Shown piece after piece: positions 9,161 through 18,893 of a stretch of DNA of 64,000 nucleotides; the first letter of the stretch is position 1; each line of letters begins with the position of its first letter. The translations under genes and the position numbers were made by a program. This DNA is from Dehalococcoidales bacterium (GTDB lineage: Bacteria; Chloroflexota; Dehalococcoidia; Dehalococcoidales; UBA5627). Location: assembly GCA_034429935.1 (NCBI GenBank), contig DAOUFJ010000018.1, positions 19,862-83,861 on the forward strand, read 5' to 3'. Below the pieces are notes generated by a model, which made no database searches, was not told the origin of the DNA, and saw only the letters and a list, made by a program, of their open reading frames with translations.

Positions 9161-10516
9161 TTAGGAAGTAAGCACATTGGGTTCGGGGGTGAATATCTTC
9201 TCTTCTTGCGGTTTCCTTGCTACAAAAATCAATATGAATACTATTATCATCAGCAAGTTGCGGCGTGCCATTATAAAGACCGGGAAATTCTCGAAATACT
9301 CGAATTCAATATAGTTGAACGGGTATATATATATTGTAAAAGCTCCGGCTATGAGCAGAAGCACGCTGACAAGATTTTTATAGCGGATGTTAAGTATCGG
9401 TATCAGGGGGCAAATCCAGACCATATACTGGGCCGAAAATACCTTGTTAAAGAGCAGGAAGGCCAGTACGGCAATGGCAACATAACGTATGAGCAGCGTT
9501 TCCGTCTCTACCTGTAAAGGGGCTGCCCCGATAGCCTTTTTCCCGTTTCTGTGCAGCTGATAGGCGAACAGCCCGTATGTCGCCAGCAATACGGCAGCCA
9601 TAATATAGAAAGAGATGTTCGCAAGGTTATCTGCCAGGGCGGAAGTAATATTAAAGGAGCCGTAGTTAAAATCGTAATCCACCTGCGTCCATCCGAAAAG
9701 CTGCCCCATTATGACAAATGAGCCGTAGGTGCTTTCGGCATGGAGCCCCCTTTCCAGATGGTAGGAAAACATCGACCATAATGACTGTGGTTCTATAATC
9801 AGCCATGGGATAATCGTGGCGAGAATCACGCCTCCGAAAACAGCGACGCCTTTTGCCAGTTGGGAATACTGTTTTTTGATTAGCAGCCAGATTGCAAAGA
9901 GCGGGGCTATAACAATCGGGAAAATCTTTGCCATTACTCCGAGGGCAAGAACCCCCCAGGCCGTCTTGTTTTTACCGCCGATGAAGGCGGCTACGGCTGC
10001 CAGCGCCATTACTGCAGGCGCCAGGTCGTAACGCTGGGTTACAATAGGGCCGGCGGTTATTGCTATAAGCAGAGTATAGATGGCAAGTGCCTTGACCTTT
10101 GATATGTTGATGCGCTTGGATATATAGGCAATAAGAAATATCGCCAGTATATCGAAAAGCAGCATTTCTACGGTGAAGGCGATGTAGTAGGGCGGGAGTG
10201 TCCGGAACAGCAATCCCGGTATGAGGAAAAGGAGCAACGCTACAGGCGGATATTCGCAATCGAAATCGACATAGGGTATTTGCCCGCTTAGAATATTCTG
10301 GGCGATGATATTTTCTATAGCTCCCGGGGTGGGGGCATAATAATCGTAGAATCCATAAGTCCAGCCCAGGAAAACCCCCAGAAAGAGTATGGCGTGTATA
10401 ATAATCCAGAAAGGCATTTTTTGAGACAGCCTTTCCAGTCCGCTGCATGCTTTTCCGTATATGTTGCAGGAGCTTTTCAGTATCAGGGTACCTGTTTCCT
10501 TTCTCGTGCTGCTCAT
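9161..10516 (-). CDS. Polytopic membrane glycosyltransferase, DUF2029/GT87-like
   Basis: 451 aa, about 11 hydrophobic helices. The first-loop motif IPYVDFDCEYPPVA resembles DUF2029-type polyprenyl-phosphate-sugar-dependent transferases (from memory, not searched). Sits next to the nucleotidyltransferase. Confidence 0.55.
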   Translation of the reverse strand: MSSTRKETGTLILKSSCNIYGKACSGLERLSQKMPFWIIIHAILFLGVFLGWTYGFYDYYAPTPGAIENIIAQNILSGQIPYVDFDCEYPPVALLLFLIPGLLFRTLPPYYIAFTVEMLLFDILAIFLIAYISKRINISKVKALAIYTLLIAITAGPIVTQRYDLAPAVMALAAVAAFIGGKNKTAWGVLALGVMAKIFPIVIAPLFAIWLLIKKQYSQLAKGVAVFGGVILATIIPWLIIEPQSLWSMFSYHLERGLHAESTYGSFVIMGQLFGWTQVDYDFNYGSFNITSALADNLANISFYIMAAVLLATYGLFAYQLHRNGKKAIGAAPLQVETETLLIRYVAIAVLAFLLFNKVFSAQYMVWICPLIPILNIRYKNLVSVLLLIAGAFTIYIYPFNYIEFEYFENFPVFIMARRNLLMIIVFILIFVARKPQEEKIFTPEPNVLTS

Positions 10517-10844
10517 TTTCTTTTTAATATCATATCACATATGACAGGGTGTTCTAATATAGAAACGAAAAAGTAATCATTTGGTTAGGTTAAAAATCGA
10601 ATTATTTTTAACACTCCTTTTTACCGCGTTCGCATCTTGAACTTGAGGGACAGATATCTGCCCTTTGAAGATATTTAATTTTAAGAACCTGTTTTTATGA
10701 ATACCCCCTTTATAGTATAACGCAGATTCGGTTATTTGGTTGCATCCTTTATGTCGCAGTGCATGGCGGATGTAATTATTTACCGGGATGCTGCGCGAGT
10801 AAAATTCGCGGTTGAATATTGCTGCGTGATAACGACGCGGAATT

Positions 10845-11327
10845 TTATACCAGTTTTTTCTGGTAAAGAATTTTCCCGTCTCCGGGGGCATAGAAATCGG
10901 GGATATTGCAGATTTCCACGTAATTATTGGCGATATAAAAACGGCGAGTCTTATCATACTGTTCTTTTCCCGAGGTTTCGATAAACGCCATCTTGCCGCC
11001 GGCTTTAGCTATCTGCTCTTCGGCGGCCTTTAATAGAGTACCGCCTATCCCTTTTCCCTGTAGCCTGTGGTCGACTGCCAGCCAGTAAAGATCCCATGAA
11101 CTCTGTGTCAGGGGAATTTGCCCGTAACTGATAAAGCCGATAAGTTCTCCTGTTTCGGATTCCGCTGCCATGGAGAAATATCCGGAGGCTTGCGGATTAT
11201 CCAGCGAGCCGTCGACAACCTCTTCGGCGATGACGACTTCCTCCGGTGTAAACTCAGGTGTGTTTTTGAGGATTATCATCAATGAAGGCTTATCCTCTTT
11301 TTTCAGAGGGCGTATTTTAACAGCCAT
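10845..11327 (-). CDS. GNAT-family N-acetyltransferase (last gene of the kamA operon)
   Basis: 160 aa. Acetyl-CoA motif A in HRLQGKGIGGTLLKAAEEQIAKAGG. Overlaps the upstream ATP-grasp gene by 11 nt. Confidence 0.85.
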   Translation of the reverse strand: MAVKIRPLKKEDKPSLMIILKNTPEFTPEEVVIAEEVVDGSLDNPQASGYFSMAAESETGELIGFISYGQIPLTQSSWDLYWLAVDHRLQGKGIGGTLLKAAEEQIAKAGGKMAFIETSGKEQYDKTRRFYIANNYVEICNIPDFYAPGDGKILYQKKLV

Positions 11328-12324
11328 ATTTTCTCTCCCATCCCAGTTGCACTATTTTTTCTATAAAATCATTATATGTCATTCCGTAGGCTTTTGCCTG
11401 GCGGCTGGCACCTGCATCGGGGGAAATATCCGGATTGGGATTGACTTCTATAACATATACATGTCCGCCTTCATCCATCCTCATATCCACTCTGGCATAA
11501 CCGCTGCACCCTGTGATTGCATACGCTTGCAGTGCTGCCTCGGTTATATCCCTCTTCGTAACCAGATCTAAATCAGCCGGGCATTGCGGCTGCGTTCCCC
11601 TGTAATAGATGCTGCCGGTTTCCCATTTGGCTTCATAATTCAATATTTTGGGCATACCTGCAGGCAAGGAAAAACATATCTCCGAAACCGGCAGGGGAGT
11701 CAAAATGTTATTACCCATTATCGTCATATTGAACTCACGCCCGTCGATATATTCTTCTACCAGCGCTTTTTCTTTGTAAATCCGGTTGATGCCGGAAACC
11801 ATTTCTTTCAGCGAATCATAATCATTGACGACGCTTTTTGTTGTCAGACTGTGGCTGGCATCTTCCGCATTCGGTTTGACGATGCAGGGGAACTCGAGGT
11901 TGAAATCGGGCAGTGTGGCTTCGTCCAGCAATTGAAAAGGCGGGGTACTGATGCCTTCTTTTTGTAAAACGGTTTTGGTGGCGGCTTTATCCAGCGCCAG
12001 CCTCAATGCCGGTGCCGGAGAGCCGGTATAGCGTAATTTCAGAGATTCCAGTTTATCTGCCATCTCGGCTTCCGTTTCGGAGAAGCCGCTGAACCCCTCG
12101 AACAGGTTAAACACGAGGTCATCTTTTATATTGGATAAACTGTTGAAGGCCTGTTCTTTCGGCAGCGCAAGCGGGATTTTAGATGTCAGGTACCCCAGCG
12201 ACTGCAATGCCTTTTCCACTGCGGCTACCTCTACCAGAACGCCCTCTTCGGCAGCCTGTTCGTTCCTGGCGGAATACAAACTCCCATCAGGCTGATTATA
12301 TATTATTGCAATACTGACAGGCAT
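11317..12324 (-). CDS. ATP-grasp ligase, D-Ala-D-Ala-ligase-like (copy 2)
   Basis: 335 aa. Ddl-family layout: pre-ATP-grasp domain, FPCIVKPNAEDASHSL, EEYIDGREF, ARVDMRMDEGGHVYVIEVNPNPD. Overlaps the upstream gene by 22 nt. Confidence 0.8.
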   Translation of the reverse strand: MPVSIAIIYNQPDGSLYSARNEQAAEEGVLVEVAAVEKALQSLGYLTSKIPLALPKEQAFNSLSNIKDDLVFNLFEGFSGFSETEAEMADKLESLKLRYTGSPAPALRLALDKAATKTVLQKEGISTPPFQLLDEATLPDFNLEFPCIVKPNAEDASHSLTTKSVVNDYDSLKEMVSGINRIYKEKALVEEYIDGREFNMTIMGNNILTPLPVSEICFSLPAGMPKILNYEAKWETGSIYYRGTQPQCPADLDLVTKRDITEAALQAYAITGCSGYARVDMRMDEGGHVYVIEVNPNPDISPDAGASRQAKAYGMTYNDFIEKIVQLGWERKYGC

Positions 12325-13313
12325 GGCGAATACCTTTTTACCGCTGTGTCAAGTATCCTTTTTATCAGTTCTTTGTGGGGAATTCCGATCATTCCGGCCA
12401 TAATTACCAGGTCGCTGTGGTTCCCCAGTCCCGGCAGCGGATTTATCTCCAGAAAGTAAGGAGTTCCATTGCTATCAATTCTGAAATCGATGCGGGCAAA
12501 ATCGCGGCAGCCCAGTATTCCGAATATTTTGAGGCTGGCATCTTTCAGCCTTTTTATAACCGATACATCCAGTTTCGGGGGGCATTCGTAATCCACCAGC
12601 TTTAAATAATCCCTTTTTACCTCGATGGAATACACGAAGTGTTCCGTCTTTTTCCGGGGGAGGATGCGCATCATTGCCAATACCTGTGCCGGTTCATTTC
12701 CTGTAATGCCTATGGTAACCTCGTCCCCGCTGATAAATTCCTCTACCATGACTTCCTGATGATAACCCTCGAATTGCCTTTTAGCTTCGGTTTCCAGTTC
12801 CTTCATGTTCATCACCACTGATGACAGCCTGACCCCCTTGCTGGAACCTTCGTGCGCCGGTTTTATCATCAACGGAAATTTGAAAACGTTCCAGTCTATC
12901 GATTGCAGTTCTTTGAAATCCGTTAACATCTGCCATCTGGGAGTAATCACTCCCTCCATGGCAACTATCTTTTTGGTCAGTTCCTTATCCAGGCATATTC
13001 CAAGGCAAAGCGGGTCTGACCCCGAGTAGGGTATATCCAGCATCTCCAGGATGGAGGGAACCTGCGATTCACGGCTGCGGTAGTTGCCCTGTCCCTCGGC
13101 GATATTGAATACGAAATCCACTTTCTCCCTGCGTATATTGTCGAGGAAAGCTCTCCCTCCGCCGAATAACGTTACCTGATGCCCGTTGGCTTCGATGGAG
13201 GATTTTATCAGTTCAACGGTCTCCATGGAGTCGTATTCCTCCATGGAGTCGTCTATATATTCATTTACCGGAGGTTTATCCGGTTTGAGGTCAAACGATA
13301 ACCCTATCCGCAT
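12303..13313 (-). CDS. ATP-grasp ligase, D-Ala-D-Ala-ligase-like (copy 1)
   Basis: 336 aa. FPLMIKPAHEGSSKGV, EEFISGDEVT, ARIDFRIDSNGTPYFLEINPLPGL. Overlaps kamA by 23 nt. Confidence 0.8.
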   Translation of the reverse strand: MRIGLSFDLKPDKPPVNEYIDDSMEEYDSMETVELIKSSIEANGHQVTLFGGGRAFLDNIRREKVDFVFNIAEGQGNYRSRESQVPSILEMLDIPYSGSDPLCLGICLDKELTKKIVAMEGVITPRWQMLTDFKELQSIDWNVFKFPLMIKPAHEGSSKGVRLSSVVMNMKELETEAKRQFEGYHQEVMVEEFISGDEVTIGITGNEPAQVLAMMRILPRKKTEHFVYSIEVKRDYLKLVDYECPPKLDVSVIKRLKDASLKIFGILGCRDFARIDFRIDSNGTPYFLEINPLPGLGNHSDLVIMAGMIGIPHKELIKRILDTAVKRYSPCLSVLQ

Positions 13314-14625
13314 CCCTTACCTCTGAAAGATTAAAATCGAGATTCTTCACTGTTATTTCAGGTTCCGGGCGCGGTTTGACCTGTTTTTCTGCCGTCGGGT
13401 TGTGACAGGTGATGACACGGCCCTGATAGTTACTGAACAGAACTTCTTTTTCCGTCTTGGCTAACAGGTAGTTGGGTTGCAGAGTGACTTTACCTCCGCC
13501 CTGAGGCAGGTCTACCACGAAGTTGGGTATTGCCAGCCCTGAAGTAAAGCCGCGCATCCCTTCGATAATTTTAACCCCGACATCTATATTGGTACGCAAG
13601 TGGTCGGTTCCCTGTACCTCGTCGCACTGGAAGAGGTAATAGGGGCGGACTTTTATCTTTAACAATCCCTGGCATAACCTGGTCTGTTTTTCGACGGTAT
13701 CGTTAATACCGCGCATCAGGACGCTCTGGTTATTTACAGGGACACCGGCGCGGACAATGCGGTCGATAGCCGCTGCCGAATCCGGGGTTATCTCGTTAAC
13801 AGTGTTAAAATGGGTATTCATCCATATCGGCCCGTACTCCGATAACATATCACAGAATTCGCTGTCGATACGCTGCGGCAGAACTACCGGGAAACGGGTG
13901 CCGATACGTATAATCTCGACATGATTTATCTGCCTCAGCCTCGAGATGACGCTTTCAAGATGTTTGGTCGAGAGCGTCAGGCAGTCTCCGCCGGAGATAA
14001 TAACGTCTCTGACGTTTTTGTTATGGCGTATGTAGTTCAACATCGCCTCTATTTCTTCGGGGGTGCGTACCCAGTCACCGTTTTTCCACTCACGTTTGCG
14101 TGTACAGTGACGGCACAGCATCGGACAGATATCTGTGAGCACCATGAGCACCCTGTCCGGATATCTGTGTACCAGCCCGGGAACGACCGAATCCCTTTCC
14201 TCTTCAAGCGGGTCCTCGACGCCGGAAGTTCTGACGGTTATTTCCTCGATGGAAGGAATAGCCTGCCTGGCAACCGGGTCTTTGGGATTGTTTAAGTCCA
14301 TAAGTGAAAGATAATAAGGAGTAATTGCTAACGGATAAGTTTGGGTTACCGCGCTTATTTCAGCATATCTTTTGATAGATAAAGGGGCATACTTTGCCAG
14401 TTGCTCAACTGAGGTTATGCGGTTGCGGAACTGCCATTTCCAATCGTTCCAATCCGTGTCGGAGACTGCTCCGAAGAGTCTGAATCTATTAGATGCGGGG
14501 GTGCGTTGGGGGGGCTCTGATTCACTACAGCTACTGGGGGGTTCGTCATCACCTTCGCTGCTGTAGCTGTCTAAGAGGGTGTCCATGGAATTACTACTGC
14601 ACCTTGTTTTTAATTTTGTCTTCAC
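13291..14625 (-). CDS. kamA: Lysine 2,3-aminomutase (KamA-family radical-SAM/PLP enzyme)
   Basis: 444 aa. Collinear by eye with Clostridium subterminale LAM (sequence recalled from memory): DWNDWKWQFRNRI, AITPYYLSL, HRYPDRVL, radical-SAM CPMLCRHCTRKR, NQSVLMRGIND, RPYYLFQCDEVQG, NFVVDLPQGGGK. GTG start at 14625, with an alternative ATG at 14586. Carries a roughly 50-aa Ser/Asp/Glu/Pro-rich N-terminal extension. Confidence 0.88.
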   Translation of the reverse strand: MKTKLKTRCSSNSMDTLLDSYSSEGDDEPPSSCSESEPPQRTPASNRFRLFGAVSDTDWNDWKWQFRNRITSVEQLAKYAPLSIKRYAEISAVTQTYPLAITPYYLSLMDLNNPKDPVARQAIPSIEEITVRTSGVEDPLEEERDSVVPGLVHRYPDRVLMVLTDICPMLCRHCTRKREWKNGDWVRTPEEIEAMLNYIRHNKNVRDVIISGGDCLTLSTKHLESVISRLRQINHVEIIRIGTRFPVVLPQRIDSEFCDMLSEYGPIWMNTHFNTVNEITPDSAAAIDRIVRAGVPVNNQSVLMRGINDTVEKQTRLCQGLLKIKVRPYYLFQCDEVQGTDHLRTNIDVGVKIIEGMRGFTSGLAIPNFVVDLPQGGGKVTLQPNYLLAKTEKEVLFSNYQGRVITCHNPTAEKQVKPRPEPEITVKNLDFNLSEVRDADRVIV

Positions 14626-14886
14626 CTGTTTAATTATTTCTCCTTTATTATCCTGAAAGTATCTTCGACTTATTTTATATTTTCTGTTTGTACTTAGTTC
14701 TTTTAATACTCTATATATTCTATTATAAATATTTTTTTGTAAATGTAAATATACCTGTCCGCAAGCAGCATATGATTTAAATGGATGATATTCTAATCTT
14801 TCGGTAATAAGATTGCAAGTGGTATTTGTATTTGAGACTGTTATAGAATATAAAAATATTTTTAAAGGGATTTAGGAGGTGCGAAG

Positions 14887-15996
14887 ATGAAAGACATTCG
14901 AGTAGAAAAACTGGCTGACCTTCTGGTCAGGTATTCCGTATCCGTACAGAAAGGCGATAAGGTCAAGATACGGGGGGATTATGCCGCCGCTCCCATGGTA
15001 AAAGCTGTTTATGCCGAGGTATTGAAAGCGGGGGGGCATCCCATCGTATTCATGGAACCGGAAGGCCTGACCGAAGTATTCTATAAATACGCATCCGAAG
15101 AACAGCTTAAATTCATCCATCCGCCCGAGAAGCTAATGATGGATACATATGATGTTACGATAAGCCTGGGCGGTGAAAGTAATACCAAGGCATTGAGCAA
15201 AATCGATCCTTTACGCATGGTCACACGCCATCAGGCAAGGACTGAACTGATGAATACCCAGATGCGGCGTTCCGCCGATGGGGAATTCCGCTGGACTTAC
15301 GCCATCTTCCCGACCAATGCCTATGCGCAGGATGCCGAGATGAGCCTTTCGGAATACGAGGATTTTGTTTACAGTGCCTGTCTGCCGGATATGGACGACC
15401 CTGTGGGTTACTGGCAGCGTTTTTCAAAACGGCAGGAGAATATCATCCAGTGGCTGGAGGGAAAGAAAACGGTCTATATAAGAGGAGAGGAGACTGAAAT
15501 TACTCTCAGCATCGAAGGCCGCCCCTTTATAAACTGCGACGGGCGTTACAACATGCCTGACGGAGAGGTATTTACCAGCCCGGTTGAGAATAGTGTTAAC
15601 GGTCACGTTTATTTCTCCTATCCGGCTATCGAGGATGGCAAAGAGGTGACCGGTATCAGGTTGTGGTTCGAAAACGGCAAAGTGGTGAAAGCCAGCGCCG
15701 AGAAGAACGAGGATTTTCTGCTTAAAATGCTGGATACGGATGCCGGTTCACGCACGCTCGGCGAATTCGCCATCGGCACCAGCCCCAATATTAACAAGTT
15801 TACCCGTGAAATACTCTTCGACGAGAAAATCAACGGCAGTTTTCACATGGCGCTGGGGGCCGGTTACCCGGAAAGCGGCAGCAAGAACGAATCGGCGATT
15901 CATTGGGATATGATATGCGACCTGAGAAACGGCGGAGAAATCCGCGTCGACGGGGACGTGCTGCACAAGAACGGCAGGTTCGTTATCGATTTTTAG
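14887..15996 (+). CDS. Family M29 aminopeptidase (AmpS/PepS/aminopeptidase T type)
   Basis: 369 aa. EKLADLLVRYSVSVQKGDKV at the start and EFAIGTSPNI...FDEKINGSFHMALG...AIHWDMI at the end, typical of thermophilic-metalloprotease M29. SD GGAGGTG lies upstream of the ATG. Transcribed divergently from kamA. Confidence 0.85.
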   Translation: MKDIRVEKLADLLVRYSVSVQKGDKVKIRGDYAAAPMVKAVYAEVLKAGGHPIVFMEPEGLTEVFYKYASEEQLKFIHPPEKLMMDTYDVTISLGGESNTKALSKIDPLRMVTRHQARTELMNTQMRRSADGEFRWTYAIFPTNAYAQDAEMSLSEYEDFVYSACLPDMDDPVGYWQRFSKRQENIIQWLEGKKTVYIRGEETEITLSIEGRPFINCDGRYNMPDGEVFTSPVENSVNGHVYFSYPAIEDGKEVTGIRLWFENGKVVKASAEKNEDFLLKMLDTDAGSRTLGEFAIGTSPNINKFTREILFDEKINGSFHMALGAGYPESGSKNESAIHWDMICDLRNGGEIRVDGDVLHKNGRFVIDF

Positions 15997-16022
15997 CTGA
16001 ATAGTAATATAAATCCATCTGG

Positions 16023-16174
16023 TTTCCCCCCCCTGATCCTTCGTCCACCCGTTGTGGTCTCAGGATGACAGGCGTTGGGAATTGTCATGCTGAATTCGTG
16101 AGGGACGAATGAAGCATCCTGGGCAGAGTGGAAAAACGGCTTCCCTTGGGGGGAAAGTCCCGACTAGTCGTGAC
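16023..16174. repeat. Intergenic array of modular palindromic repeats (array R1)
   Basis: Three modules. (1) 16035-16071 GATCCTTCG...CTCAGGATGACAG. (2) 16084-16123 GTCATGCTGAATTCGTGAGGGACGAATGAAGCATCCTGGG, a hairpin that recurs at 25811, 32258(-), 48570, and in partial form (lacking the GTCATGCTGA head) at 49971 and 50513. (3) 16157-16174 GTCCCGACTAGTCGTGAC, compare 25597. Confidence 0.8.
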
Positions 16175-16356
16175 TGGGCATCTTATGTATGGCTTGTTAA
16201 TACGTTTTTGTTAAAAATCAGAATTGATTAAAACGGATGCATGAAATAATGCGCCTGTTAAAAATTGACTGCGGCTAAAAACTCTGTGCTAAAAAGGCGA
16301 AATTATTGCTTCATCAATGATATAATTATTCATCATAAATTTTAGAGGGTATAGAA

Positions 16357-16944
16357 ATGTATAACGGTCTCGAGGTTAAATTACTGGCGATTACTCCCGA
16401 CAGCGAGAATCTGGTGGAGAAAGCCGGCAGGCTGTGCTATTCCAGCGGCGATAAACAGGGAACCAACGAGAACTGGATATCGGCACGCATAAAACAGGGA
16501 CATGAAAGCCTGGTGGAGCACGCTTCGGCGACGTTTTATATAAAGGCTTCCCGCGCCCTGACGCATGAACTGGTAAGGCACCGTATCGCCAGCTATTCAC
16601 AGCGCAGCCAGCGATATGTCCGAGAGCTTCAGGCCGATTATATAACGCCTCCCGAATTCGAAGATAAGGATTCGGAGATAGCAAAAGTATTCCACGAGGC
16701 GATGAAGGCGGCATGGGACAGCTATAAGAAGCTGCTGGATGCCGGCATGAAACCGGAAATTGCCCGTTACGTTCTGCCGAATGCCTGCATGACGGAAATC
16801 ATCTGCACATGGAATTTCCGTGAAATCCGCCATATTTTAAAGCTGCGCACCAGCCCGGCGGCTCTGCCGGAAATCCGCGAGGTCGCCCAAAAAATTGCCG
16901 ATATAATGAAAGTTCAGGCTCCGAAGGTCTTCGGGGATTTGTAG
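16357..16944 (+). CDS. thyX: FAD-dependent thymidylate synthase
   Basis: 195 aa. The ThyX signature RHRxxSxxxxSxR is present as RHRIASYSQRSQR. Typical size and SLVEHAS motif. Confidence 0.93.
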   Translation: MYNGLEVKLLAITPDSENLVEKAGRLCYSSGDKQGTNENWISARIKQGHESLVEHASATFYIKASRALTHELVRHRIASYSQRSQRYVRELQADYITPPEFEDKDSEIAKVFHEAMKAAWDSYKKLLDAGMKPEIARYVLPNACMTEIICTWNFREIRHILKLRTSPAALPEIREVAQKIADIMKVQAPKVFGDL

Positions 16945-17294
16945 ATATAGAACTCATACTTTTGTAAAAATCTGTTGAAAGCACCTTTGCTGAAAACCTT
17001 GGCAGTAGATTCGAAAATGAATGCTTGAACACTAACTGGTTTAATAATCTGGGATGTGCTCGTGATTTAATTAGAGAATGGCTAAGGAATTATCATGGGG
17101 TGCTGTGTAACGCATTGAAAGGGATGCCCTTTAAGGATATACTGAAATGAAAGGTAGATCCTAAGCAGTGGTTGCATCGATTCCGGGATAAACCTACATT
17201 TATCTCGTATGTATTCTTGTGAAAAGCTCCCAATCTGGAATGATAGAATGAACAGTATTGAAATTATAAAAATAGGTGCTTATTTTTAAGAAAG

Positions 17295-18893
17295 ATGAGG
17301 TTTTCTTTCTACAATATGACCAACTCAAATACCAAAGGGAATGGTTATCTAATTAAAGATAAATGGTATAAGACTATTGTTCAAACTGCCACGGAAGGCT
17401 TTTCCTTGCTGGATAATATCGGGAAAATTGTAGACGTCAATGATTCCTATTGTAATATGATTGGCTACCATCGAGACGAGCTTCTCTCAATGAGTATACA
17501 GGAAATTGATATTAGATTCCTTGATCAAATCGAGGTATTTGAGGAAGAAATCCGGAAAGTCAAAAAACTCGGCGGTATTGCGAGTGAAGTACAACATAAG
17601 ACCAAGAATGGTCAAATTGTTGATCTTTGGGTTAGTCTTAGATATCTGAATACAAATCCTGGCTTTCTATTCTGCTTTCATAGAGATATTACAGAAAAGA
17701 AGAGATTGCAGCAACAAATTATTGAATCCGAAGAAAGATATCGTGCTCTGATAGAAGTAGGCGACAGAATCGGAGAAGCTATTGTCATGTTGCAGAATAT
17801 TAAAAACATGGAGGGAATGCAGACTTTTGTTAGTGATGAATGGTGTTGTATTACTGGTTATACAAGGGAAGAATTGTTAAAGATGTCTTTTTTTGAAATT
17901 CTGCACCCCAGCTACTGTAAAGATACTCTGGATTGTCACCTTGGTAAAATAAATGGAGAAGATATTCCACGAAAAATCGAAGCGTCTATTATTAGGAAAG
18001 ATGGAAAAGAAATTCCCATAGAATTTACCAGTGCCTTTACCAGTTTTCATGGAAAGAGAGCTATTGTTGCCTATATCAGGGAAATCACTGAACGTAAGAA
18101 GATGGAAACTGAGCTTAAGAAATATCAAGAGAACCTTGAATATCTTGTAAAAGAGCGCACCAACAAGCTGGAAGGGATTATCAAGCAGCGGGTTGAATTT
18201 AATAGAGCTCTGGTACATGAGTTAAAAACGCCTCTCACAGCCATTATAAATTCCAGCGAATTATTGACTCAGCAACGCCGGGAGGAAACGACTCAAAGAT
18301 TAGCCCAAAATATATTTAAGGGGGGCATTTTTCTTAATAATAGAATCGATGAACTTCTCGATGTGATAAGAAGTGAGGTCGGGTCACTATGTGTTAATTG
18401 TAAATCTATTGACCCGATTAAACAAATTCGCGAGGCAGTCGAGGAAATGTCTTCATTAGCCGCGAGAAAAGGGCAATCCATTATTTTGAACATTCCAGAT
18501 GAACTGCCCGAAATCTGGGCTGATAAACAGAGGATGCAGCAGGTTCTATTGAATCTGATTTCCAACGCTATAAAATTTAATTCCGATGAAGGCAGGGTAA
18601 TTATAAGAGCAAGAGAAAAAGATAATTATGTGATTTTCGAGATTGTGGATGAGGGTAAAGGAATAAGTAGCGCAGAAGCGCTGAGGTTGTTTGAACCTTA
18701 TTACCGGAAAGAGAGTGACCGTGATCATCTCAGTGGTTTAGGTCTAGGCTTGTCCCTGTCCAAGAAATTGGTAGAACTCCATAATGGAAAAATATGGTAT
18801 AAAAAACGAGATGGAATTAATGGAAGTATATTTGGTTTTTCGATACCTGTATCAAGTACGGTGGGAGTACAAACGGAGGCAGAAAATGAATGA
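17295..18893 (+). CDS. PAS-domain sensor histidine kinase
   Basis: 532 aa. Two PAS units, H-box VHELKTPLTAIINSSELL, ATPase boxes LISNAIKFN, DEGKGI, GLGLGLS. Visibly more AT-rich than the flanking genes (by eye). Confidence 0.9.
   Translation: MRFSFYNMTNSNTKGNGYLIKDKWYKTIVQTATEGFSLLDNIGKIVDVNDSYCNMIGYHRDELLSMSIQEIDIRFLDQIEVFEEEIRKVKKLGGIASEVQHKTKNGQIVDLWVSLRYLNTNPGFLFCFHRDITEKKRLQQQIIESEERYRALIEVGDRIGEAIVMLQNIKNMEGMQTFVSDEWCCITGYTREELLKMSFFEILHPSYCKDTLDCHLGKINGEDIPRKIEASIIRKDGKEIPIEFTSAFTSFHGKRAIVAYIREITERKKMETELKKYQENLEYLVKERTNKLEGIIKQRVEFNRALVHELKTPLTAIINSSELLTQQRREETTQRLAQNIFKGGIFLNNRIDELLDVIRSEVGSLCVNCKSIDPIKQIREAVEEMSSLAARKGQSIILNIPDELPEIWADKQRMQQVLLNLISNAIKFNSDEGRVIIRAREKDNYVIFEIVDEGKGISSAEALRLFEPYYRKESDRDHLSGLGLGLSLSKKLVELHNGKIWYKKRDGINGSIFGFSIPVSSTVGVQTEAENE

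Noticed and set aside
10577-10957. 126-aa minus-strand ORF downstream of and overlapping the GNAT gene
   Set aside because: It overlaps the 3' end of the GNAT gene by 113 nt in another frame. The composition is basic and low-complexity, and it has no motif. The 330-bp region is better treated as non-coding.
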